From Bryobacteraceae bacterium (GTDB lineage Bacteria; Acidobacteriota; Terriglobia; Bryobacterales; Bryobacteraceae), in contig DASQEG010000470.1 of the NCBI GenBank assembly GCA_035633775.1, positions 1 to 24,519 on the forward strand: 24,519 bases of DNA, written 5' to 3'. How positions within the stretch are numbered: the first letter of the stretch is position 1; every line of letters starts with the position of its first letter. The position numbers and the translations under genes are program-made. The notes under the pieces are model-generated. The model was not told where the DNA came from and did no database searches. It worked only from the letters and a program-made list of their open reading frames with translations. Below are positions 17,562-24,519 of this stretch, piece after piece.

Positions 17562-17873
17562 ATGTACGCGATTATCGAGACCGGCGGCAAACAGTACCGC
17601 GTCGCTCCCGGCGAGCGGGTGCGGGTGGAGACCATCCACCGCGAAGTAGGATCTGAGGTGGAGCTCACCGGCCTGAAGGCGGTTTCCACCGATGACGGCA
17701 GAATGCTGACCGGCTCCGACGTCTCCGGCGCGAAAGTCACTGCGACCGTTACATCGCAGGGCCGCGGCGAGAAGCTCATCGTTTTCAAGTTCAAACGCAA
17801 GAAGCAGTACAGGCGCACCTACGGTCACCGGCAGAATTACACAGAGCTGACCATCAACCAGGTTCAGGTCTAG
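17562..17873 (+). CDS. rplU: 50S ribosomal protein L21, 103 aa
   Basis: MYAIIETGGKQYRV...GEKLIVFKFKRKKQYRRTYGHRQNYTEL. GAGGA RBS at 17553-17557 supports start 17562 rather than 17511. Confidence 0.98.
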   Translation: MYAIIETGGKQYRVAPGERVRVETIHREVGSEVELTGLKAVSTDDGRMLTGSDVSGAKVTATVTSQGRGEKLIVFKFKRKKQYRRTYGHRQNYTELTINQVQV

Positions 17874-17894
17874 CCCGGAAGCAGGAGATCCGCA

Positions 17895-18188
17895 ATGGCA
17901 CATAAAAAAGGTCTTGGCAGTTCCAAAAACGGTCGCGATTCAAATGCACAGCGGCTGGGCGTTAAAGCGTTCGGCGGTGAGTTTGTAACCGGCGGTTCAA
18001 TCATCGTGCGTCAGCGCGGCACCAAGTTCAAGCCCGGCGAAAATGTTGGTCTCGGGAAGGACGACACCCTGTTCGCCCGAATTCCTGGTACGGTGGTGTT
18101 CCGCGACCGGGGCCGCATGGGCAAGTTCGTCAGCATCCAGGCACTCGAGCAGCAGCCGCAGCAGCAGGAAACGCCCGCCGCATCCTGA
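17895..18188 (+). CDS. rpmA: 50S ribosomal protein L27, 97 aa
   Basis: [24 protein letters not shown]...[18 protein letters not shown]. Short Gln-rich C-terminal tail. Confidence 0.98.
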   Translation: MAHKKGLGSSKNGRDSNAQRLGVKAFGGEFVTGGSIIVRQRGTKFKPGENVGLGKDDTLFARIPGTVVFRDRGRMGKFVSIQALEQQPQQQETPAAS

Positions 18189-18213
18189 TAACCGGCACAA
18201 TTCAGCGTTCGAT

Positions 18214-18246
18214 GGAGGGCCGCACGGTGTGCGGCCTTTCGCTTTT
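18214..18246 (+). terminator. Stem-loop between rpmA and obg (partial terminator or mRNA-stabilising hairpin)
   Basis: GGCCGCAC (18218-18225) / GTGCGGCC (18229-18236), 3-nt loop, extendable by 4 pairs, followed by GCTTTT. Confidence 0.5.
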
Positions 18247-18261
18247 CAGCGTCCAACTCCC

Positions 18262-19275
18262 ATGTTCATCGATGAAGTCCGCATCAAGGTGAAGGCCGGT
18301 GACGGTGGCAACGGCTGTCTTGCGTTTCGGCGCGAGAAGTACGTTCCCCGTGGCGGCCCGTCGGGCGGAGATGGCGGGCGCGGCGGCGATGTCGTCCTGG
18401 TCTGCAACCCGCACTACAACACCCTGCTGCACTTCCGTTTCAACCCGGAGCATACGGCCGAGCGCGGCCGCCACGGTGAGGGCTCGAATCGAACGGGACG
18501 CGAAGGCGAAACGATCGAAGTGCCCGTGCCTGTTGGCACCGTTGCTTATGACGGCGATACAGGCGACCAGCTGTTTGACTTCACAGAAGCCGGGCAGCGG
18601 TGCGTCGTAGCAAAGGGAGGGCGCGGCGGACGTGGGAACGCCCGGTTCACCAGTTCAACCCACCAGACGCCGACCGAGCATGAACCCGGGCGCCCCGGTC
18701 AGGAGCGGCTGCTCCGGCTGGAGTTGAAACTGCTCGCTGATGTCGGGCTGGTCGGGTTCCCCAACGCCGGAAAGTCTACCCTGATCTCGCGCGTATCAGC
18801 GGCTCGGCCAAAGATCGCTGACTATCCGTTTACCACGCTCGAACCGAACCTCGGTGTGGTCGCCGCCGGCGAGTACAAGACCTACGTCGTAGCCGACATT
18901 CCCGGCCTGATCGAAGGAGCGCATGAAGGCGCCGGGCTGGGCATTCAGTTCCTTCGTCACGTGGAGCGTTGCCGCCTGCTGGTCCATCTTGTCGACGTCT
19001 CCGGGATGTCAGGCCGTGATCCTATGCATGACTTCGAAGTCATCCTGGCCGAGTTGCGCAACTTCAGCGATGAACTGGCCGCGAAGCCGATGTTTGTTGT
19101 CGCCACCAAGATCGATGTCATGCAGGACGAAGATGCCACGGTCGCGCTCGAACAGATCGCGAAAGAGCGCAGGATGCCGTTCTTCCGCATCTCGGCAGTC
19201 ACCGGTGCCGGGGTGGAAGAATTGCGCTTCGCTATGGCCGACTTCGTAAGCGGCCACCTGGCCGCGGGTAGCTAG
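18262..19275 (+). CDS. obgE: GTPase ObgE/CgtA, 337 aa (short form without C-terminal OCT domain)
   Basis: [32 protein letters not shown]1 [22 protein letters not shown]3 DIPG, G4 TKID. Start set at ATG 18262. Confidence 0.98.
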   Translation: MFIDEVRIKVKAGDGGNGCLAFRREKYVPRGGPSGGDGGRGGDVVLVCNPHYNTLLHFRFNPEHTAERGRHGEGSNRTGREGETIEVPVPVGTVAYDGDTGDQLFDFTEAGQRCVVAKGGRGGRGNARFTSSTHQTPTEHEPGRPGQERLLRLELKLLADVGLVGFPNAGKSTLISRVSAARPKIADYPFTTLEPNLGVVAAGEYKTYVVADIPGLIEGAHEGAGLGIQFLRHVERCRLLVHLVDVSGMSGRDPMHDFEVILAELRNFSDELAAKPMFVVATKIDVMQDEDATVALEQIAKERRMPFFRISAVTGAGVEELRFAMADFVSGHLAAGS

Positions 19276-21059
19276 GGAGCCGCCTCGAACGCAAGCAATA
19301 CATTGCCCGGCATGCCACCCCAATAGGAGTAGCCGGACGGGATCAGCACCAGACCTTCGGCGACCACGGCGCCGGGACCGTCAATAGACCCGCCCTTCGC
19401 TTCGACGCCATTGACCGTAGTGAACGACCGGACTGTGTCGAACGACCACAGCACTTTGCCGGTTTCGGTCGAGTAGGCCCGCATGACTCCATCCCGAGCT
19501 CCCGAGAAGACCGCGCCGGGGATCACAGTGGCCGCGGCCATCTGCGCGGGACTGCACGGGCGCCGCTCGCCACACGACGCCGGGGCCGCGCGCCAGACTT
19601 CCTTGCCCGTCTCGACACGGAGTGCGACCAGACCTCCGCCTGTTGTTGCTGCCTCGGGTATCACCACATCCGAAATTGGAGCGTAGACATACCGGCCGTC
19701 CGTCGCGGGTCCCCACTGAATGCCGCCCAGGAGACCACCCTTCCCTGCCCGTGCCTCCCATATAATGCGGCCGGCGCGGTCAGGATCGAGTGCGTAGACA
19801 ACACCGGACTTCTGCGCTGCGATGATCAGTTCGCGGCCTGCCTCCGTCCGAACAAGCATGGCAGGCGACCCGAAGTCGTGGTCGGGACCCTCCTCCTCCG
19901 GACAGTTGATCTTGTCGCCCATACAGGCCGCGTTCCATGTATCACCGGGGGTCACCTGACGCGACCAGGCAATTGCGCCATCGCGGAGCCGAAGTGCGAG
20001 CACGGCATCGCTCAGATCAGTGGCCGGGTCAGTGTAGTTGTCTCCCGTTGTCACATAGACAAGCCCCCGTGGCGCGTCCACCGTGGGTGTCGACCACACA
20101 GCGACTCCGGAAGGCCCGAAAAGCTGCACGCCACTGCTGTTCTTCCGCGTTGGCCTGGCCGCCGCAGGCACTAGATACCGGCGCCACAGTTCCGTTCCCG
20201 TTGCAGCGTCCAGAGCGGCAACGCTCCCGCGGAACGTGCAGCAGGCGTAGGTTGGGTCAGAACCCATCCCTTCCTCAAACGAGGAGACCGGGACGTACAA
20301 CTTGCCGTCGTGCAGTGCCGGAGCAGCCGTCAGCCGTGCGACCGGGTGCGGATCGAGGCGCTTGCGCCAGATCAGAGTCCCGTCCGCCGCATCGAGCGCA
20401 TAGAGGTTCGACTGCAAGTCCCCCACAAACAGAACGGTGCGTCCGCCGGGCTCCTGCCAGATCACCGGTGCCGTCCGAACGCCCGTATCGGCACCGAATC
20501 GCCAGATTGTGCAGCCTGACTTCGAGTCGAGAGCCCAGACGTCGCCGGCCGCGCTGCCCGTGAACACGCGTCCACCGAAGACCGCGGGATGAGCGAAGGC
20601 AACCACGTCGCCCTCGAACCCGAACGCCCACCGCAAGCGAAGCTTCGAGAGGCTGCTCACGGCCGGTCCTCCCATCGCCAGGTAGCGCGTGTTGCCTGAT
20701 GATGCGCTCCAGCCTGTCCACCGCGGAGCATTCGGGCGTAGTGCGACCGGCTCGGAGCATGTTCCTGCGAGCGTGGGCAGGGGATCGTCGGCAAGTTTCC
20801 TGCCAGTCAGGAACTCGGCGATGGCGCGCCTGCCGTCGGGGGTCACCCGGCGGCCGGGCATCATCATGATGCCGGTATCGAGCGACTGGACAATGCGGCG
20901 AGTACTCAGATTCCGCAAGGCCGCTTCGTTGGGGACGCGCGGAGCAGCCGGCCGTGTGTGGCAGGCGGAGCAGTGTTGCCGGTACAGCTCGGCACCTTCC
21001 GGAGCGGACGCGGCAGAGAGCCCGAAGGCAAGGGTACTCAGAAGAACGAAAATTCGCAT
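19272..21059 (-). CDS. PQQ-dependent quinohemoprotein dehydrogenase (polyvinyl alcohol dehydrogenase-like) with N-terminal cytochrome c, about 595 aa
   Basis: Signal peptide [19 protein letters not shown], heme motif CSACH, repeated PQQ propeller W-motifs ([33 protein letters not shown]), vicinal Cys in YACCTFRG. Confidence 0.88.
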   Translation of the reverse strand: MRIFVLLSTLAFGLSAASAPEGAELYRQHCSACHTRPAAPRVPNEAALRNLSTRRIVQSLDTGIMMMPGRRVTPDGRRAIAEFLTGRKLADDPLPTLAGTCSEPVALRPNAPRWTGWSASSGNTRYLAMGGPAVSSLSKLRLRWAFGFEGDVVAFAHPAVFGGRVFTGSAAGDVWALDSKSGCTIWRFGADTGVRTAPVIWQEPGGRTVLFVGDLQSNLYALDAADGTLIWRKRLDPHPVARLTAAPALHDGKLYVPVSSFEEGMGSDPTYACCTFRGSVAALDAATGTELWRRYLVPAAARPTRKNSSGVQLFGPSGVAVWSTPTVDAPRGLVYVTTGDNYTDPATDLSDAVLALRLRDGAIAWSRQVTPGDTWNAACMGDKINCPEEEGPDHDFGSPAMLVRTEAGRELIIAAQKSGVVYALDPDRAGRIIWEARAGKGGLLGGIQWGPATDGRYVYAPISDVVIPEAATTGGGLVALRVETGKEVWRAAPASCGERRPCSPAQMAAATVIPGAVFSGARDGVMRAYSTETGKVLWSFDTVRSFTTVNGVEAKGGSIDGPGAVVAEGLVLIPSGYSYWGGMPGNVLLAFEAAP

Positions 21060-21144
21060 TCGGGACTGAGTTAAATGACGAGTGTACACGCGCTTAGGTA
21101 ACCTTGGCGTCCCCGGCTTTCGCCTTATGGAAAAGGATGCGGCA

Positions 21145-21156
21145 GTACGCTATACT
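21145..21156 (+). promoter_or_regulatory. Possible -10 element for the DUF1592-DUF1552 operon (GTACGC-TATACT)
   Basis: TATACT at 21151-21156, 31 nt before ATG 21188. Weak -35 (TGGAAA) at 17-nt spacing. Confidence 0.35.
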
Positions 21157-21187
21157 TCTGCCCAGACTGGCGCCTCGTTTGCTACCC

Positions 21188-23515
21188 ATGCGCATTTTTG
21201 TTACCACTCTGTCGGCCCTGATTGCCGCGACCCTTGCGGCCCAGCCGCAACCTGCTCCCGCATCGCCCAGTTTTGACTTGGCAGTCAAGCCCATATTGAC
21301 CAAATCCTGTGTGCCCTGCCATAACGAGCGTATGGCATCGGGCAGCCTGAACCTGACGGGCCTGAACACCGCGGCGTCGATTGCTCAGCATCGTGATGAG
21401 TGGGAACGCGTGATCCAGAAGATTCGGACAGGTGAGATGCCGCCGAAGGGGATTCCGAGGCCCCCGGCCGCTCAGCTGGATGCACTGATGGGTGTTGTAC
21501 GCGAGGAGTTCGCACGGGCTGACAAGAACGTCAAGCCCGATCCCGGTCGTGTGACGGCCCGGCGCCTGAACCGAGCCGAGTATACCAACACCATTCGTGA
21601 TCTGCTGGGCGTCGACTTCCGTGCCGACAAGGAATTTCCAACCGACGATTCCGGCCATGGCTTTGACAATATAGGTGACGTCCTGACCATCTCGCCCATA
21701 CTGATGGAAAAGTACGTCGATGCAGCTGAGCGAATCGCCGCTCGGGCAATCGGTGCCACGCCGCTGCCAAAGAAGCCGCTTGAATTCGAGTACCACTCCA
21801 AGAACAAGAGTATTCGCCGCCTGAACTTCAGCACGATCGAAGCAACGCACCGTGTGGACTGGGACGGCGAATACCGGGTCATCATCGGCCTTCCCGGCCA
21901 GCGGTCGGAAACGGCGAAGCCGGTCAAGCTGGGCTTCTGGATGGATGGCAAGCTGCTCCACACACAGGAAGTGGAGACCAGGCCGTCCAAACTGGTCTAC
22001 TTCAATCCGTATTCTGAGGAGGAGTTCCGGGTAGTGCTTCCCGAAGGCGATCACGTCTTCCGGGCGGCGTTCATCGACGATGACTTCGTTAAAGACCTGA
22101 CTCCCAAGGAAGCCTACAGCGACAAGACGAACAAGTTCCTGAACATGGTCAAGTTCATCGGGCCCTTTCCGGCAAAGGTCGAGAAAGCCAGCCGGAAGAA
22201 GGTTCTGATCTGCGACCCGGACAGCGGCCCGGGATGCGTGAACAAGATCGTCAGCACGCTGGCACGGCGCGCCTTCCGCCGCCCCGTCACCCGGGTTGAG
22301 ACCGCCTCGCTGCTCAAGTTCGTCTCGCTGGCGAAATCGGAAGGTCAATCAACGGAACAGGGGATCCAGCTCGCGATTCAGGCGATGCTGGTATCTCCCC
22401 ACTTCCTCTTCCGTATCGAGCGGGATCCTGATCCGAACGACCCGGCAAAGGTTCACAAGATTTCCGACATCGAGCTTGCATCGCGCCTGAGCTACTTCCT
22501 GTGGAGTTCGATGCCCGATGATGAGCTGCTCTCCCTCGCCGAGGCCGGCAAGTTGCGGGGACCAGGGGTTCTGGATGCGCAGGTAACCAGGCTGCTGGGA
22601 GATCCCCGTTCCGCTTCGTTCTCCGAGAACTTCGCCGGGCAGTGGCTGGAAACCCGCAATCTCGACAGCGTCAAGCCGGACCCGAAGAAGTTCCCGGAGT
22701 GGGGTCCGGAGCTGCGTGACGCCATGCGCACTGAAACGCGCATGCTTTTCGACCACATCCTGCGTGAGAACCGGCCCGTAAGTGAGTTCCTGGACGCTCC
22801 GTATACGTTTCTGAATGAACTGCTGGCGAAGCACTACGGCATCAACGGAGTGACAGGACCCGACTTCCGCCGCGTCGATTTGACCACCGATCAGAGGCGC
22901 GGAGTGCTGACGCATGCGAGTGTGCTCACGGTCTCGAGTTACCCGACGCGTACCTCACCGGTTATCCGGGGCAAATACGTGCTGCAGAACATCGTGGGTT
23001 CGCCTCCACCTCCGCCGCCGCCCGACGTTCCGGCGCTCGATGAGGAGCAGGCGGGCAGCACCGCATCGCTGCGCGTCCAGATGGAGAAGCATCGCAGCAA
23101 CGCCGTCTGCGCTTCCTGCCACAACCGGATGGACGCATTGGGCTTCGGCCTTGAGAACTACGACGCGATCGGCCGGTGGCGGACGATGGACGGCAAGTTC
23201 CCAATCGATTCCAGCGGAACGCTCCCGAACGGCAAGAGCTTCAAGCAGCCGGTGGAGCTAATTGGGCTCCTTAAGCAGGATCTGCCGGAGTTCACGCGCG
23301 CACTCACCGAGAAGGTTTTAACCTTCACGCTCGGACGAGGGCTGGAGCGCTACGACCGTCGTACCGTGGACGCCATCAACGAGAAACTTCTCGCTTCCGA
23401 GGGTCGTTTCCAGGTCCTCATTCATCAGATAGTTCATAGTTTGCCGTTTCAATCACGCCGCGGCGAAGCATCGCGCGGAACTTTGTCAGCCAGAGGGGAT
23501 CTAGCAAGCAAATGA
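21188..23515 (+). CDS. DUF1592/1588/1587/1585/1595 (PSD/PSCyt) protein with c-type heme motifs, 775 aa
   Basis: Signal peptide, CVPCH and CASCH, RRLNRAEYTNTIRDLLG, SPHFLFRIE, ELASRLSYFLWSSMPDDELL, NFAGQWL, RTSPVIRGKYV, GFGLENYDAIG. Start moved to ATG 21188. Confidence 0.92.
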   Translation: MRIFVTTLSALIAATLAAQPQPAPASPSFDLAVKPILTKSCVPCHNERMASGSLNLTGLNTAASIAQHRDEWERVIQKIRTGEMPPKGIPRPPAAQLDALMGVVREEFARADKNVKPDPGRVTARRLNRAEYTNTIRDLLGVDFRADKEFPTDDSGHGFDNIGDVLTISPILMEKYVDAAERIAARAIGATPLPKKPLEFEYHSKNKSIRRLNFSTIEATHRVDWDGEYRVIIGLPGQRSETAKPVKLGFWMDGKLLHTQEVETRPSKLVYFNPYSEEEFRVVLPEGDHVFRAAFIDDDFVKDLTPKEAYSDKTNKFLNMVKFIGPFPAKVEKASRKKVLICDPDSGPGCVNKIVSTLARRAFRRPVTRVETASLLKFVSLAKSEGQSTEQGIQLAIQAMLVSPHFLFRIERDPDPNDPAKVHKISDIELASRLSYFLWSSMPDDELLSLAEAGKLRGPGVLDAQVTRLLGDPRSASFSENFAGQWLETRNLDSVKPDPKKFPEWGPELRDAMRTETRMLFDHILRENRPVSEFLDAPYTFLNELLAKHYGINGVTGPDFRRVDLTTDQRRGVLTHASVLTVSSYPTRTSPVIRGKYVLQNIVGSPPPPPPPDVPALDEEQAGSTASLRVQMEKHRSNAVCASCHNRMDALGFGLENYDAIGRWRTMDGKFPIDSSGTLPNGKSFKQPVELIGLLKQDLPEFTRALTEKVLTFTLGRGLERYDRRTVDAINEKLLASEGRFQVLIHQIVHSLPFQSRRGEASRGTLSARGDLASK

Positions 23516-24519
23516 TTACGCGTAAGGCACTTCCACGTCGTACCTTCCTTCGCGGCCTGGGCGCAGCCATTGCACTACCGGCAATGGACGCCATGGCTCC
23601 TGCATTTGCCTCGAGTGCGCTGCCGGGAAAAACGCCCGTCCGTATGGCGTTTGCCTATGTTCCCAACGGCATCGACATGCGGCATTGGAATCCGACTTAC
23701 GAAGGTGCTCTGGGCGAGTTGCCGCGCATCCTGAAGCCGCTGGAACCTTTCAAGCAGGACATCACGCTTCTCAGCAACCTGACCCACAACAATGGGCGGG
23801 CGCTACTCGACGGTGCGGGCGATCATGGCCGCTGCTGCGGTGCCTACCTCACCGGTGTCCAGCCGAAGAAGACCTTTACCGACATCAAATGCGGAGTTTC
23901 CTGCGACCAGATCGTGGCAAACACCGTGGGCAAGAACACTCGGTTCGGCTCGCTTGAGGTTGGACTCGAGGACGCCCGCCAGGCGGGCGACTGCGACTCC
24001 GGCTACTCCTGCGCCTACACGAACAATCTTGCATGGCGAAGCGAAACTCAACCGCTTCCCCCAATTCTCGACCCGCGCGCACTGTTCGAGCGACTGTTTG
24101 GGAGTGGCGCCGAGCTGACTCCGGAGGCACGTGCGCAGCGCAACCGCTTCCGCCGCAGCATCCTCGATTTCGTCGAACAGGACACGAAGAAGCTTCAGGG
24201 CGATCTGGGGCCAACCGATCGCCGCAAGCTCGATGAGTATCTGTCGTCCATCCGCGAAATTGAGCGGCAGCTGGAGAAAGCTGAGCAGGACAACGCTCAG
24301 ATCAACCCTGGTATGGACAAGCCCTACGGCGTCCCTGCCGATTTCGCCGAGCATTTTAAGCTGATGACCGACATGATCACGGTCGCCTTCCAGGCCGACC
24401 TGACTCGTGTGGTCACCTTCCTCGTCACGCGCGAGGGCACCTCACGCGCGTACCGCGAGATCGGCATCGCTGACGGACCTCACCCCCTGACGCATCACAG
24501 GAACGATCCCGCGAGGAGG
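23512..24519 (+). CDS. DUF1552 family protein, 3'-partial (336 codons visible, runs off the window)
   Basis: Translated by hand: MITRKALPRRTFLRGLGAAIALP, FAYVPNG, VSCDQIVA, CDSGYSCAY, DPRALFERLFG, RSILDFV, DRRKLDEYL, AFQADLTRV. ATGA overlap with the DUF1592 stop codon. Confidence 0.92.
   Translation, partial: MITRKALPRRTFLRGLGAAIALPAMDAMAPAFASSALPGKTPVRMAFAYVPNGIDMRHWNPTYEGALGELPRILKPLEPFKQDITLLSNLTHNNGRALLDGAGDHGRCCGAYLTGVQPKKTFTDIKCGVSCDQIVANTVGKNTRFGSLEVGLEDARQAGDCDSGYSCAYTNNLAWRSETQPLPPILDPRALFERLFGSGAELTPEARAQRNRFRRSILDFVEQDTKKLQGDLGPTDRRKLDEYLSSIREIERQLEKAEQDNAQINPGMDKPYGVPADFAEHFKLMTDMITVAFQADLTRVVTFLVTREGTSRAYREIGIADGPHPLTHHRNDPARR

Noticed and set aside
17874-17894. Missing Prp protease gene between rplU and rpmA, and short Obg
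   Set aside because: Normal. L27 starts MAHKK without the cleavable extension, and OCT-less Obg is common outside Firmicutes and Actinobacteria.
24472-24501. DUF1552 reads DGPHPLTHH where I recall homologues having GHH
   Set aside because: It is a single-base difference (CCT vs CAT) about 40 nt from the sequence end, and the consensus is from memory. It may be an error or natural variation.
1-24519. CRISPR arrays, tRNA, rRNA, tmRNA, SRP RNA, REP-like repeats, gasdermin or STAND genes
   Set aside because: No spaced direct repeats, cloverleaf or recognisable signatures were found by eye. A tRNAscan/Infernal/CRISPR scan would be needed to exclude them formally.

Overview
GC-rich bacterial window, most consistent with Acidobacteriota (Bryobacter/Solibacter-like). 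This is inferred from the ADOP-type permease, the DUF1592/DUF1552 pair and the gene content, and was not verified by a search. About 19 genes in order: GNAT acetyltransferase (-), secreted VirB10-like/PEGA protein, a two-gene cassette (939-aa amidase + alpha/beta-hydrolase + metacaspase fusion, then a signal-less HExxH metallopeptidase), an unannotated 43-aa membrane ORF, orphan Wzm-type permease, Tat sulfatase, secreted M36/M4 peptidase, DUF885 (-), alpha/beta hydrolase, VOC protein, frameshifted ADOP permease (-), rplU-rpmA-obg, PQQ/heme c dehydrogenase (-), DUF1592 and partial DUF1552. No rRNA, tRNA, CRISPR array or mobile element was recognised. The standout is the cassette at 2083-6544. 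All three catalytic sites of the fusion appear intact, neither protein has an export signal, and an R-D-[L/F] motif recurs five times, four of them at domain junctions or in linkers. This suggests a self-processing zymogen that could release cell-wall and membrane-attacking enzymes, a candidate protease-gated death or anti-phage system (hypothesis). All family calls come from motif recognition by eye.
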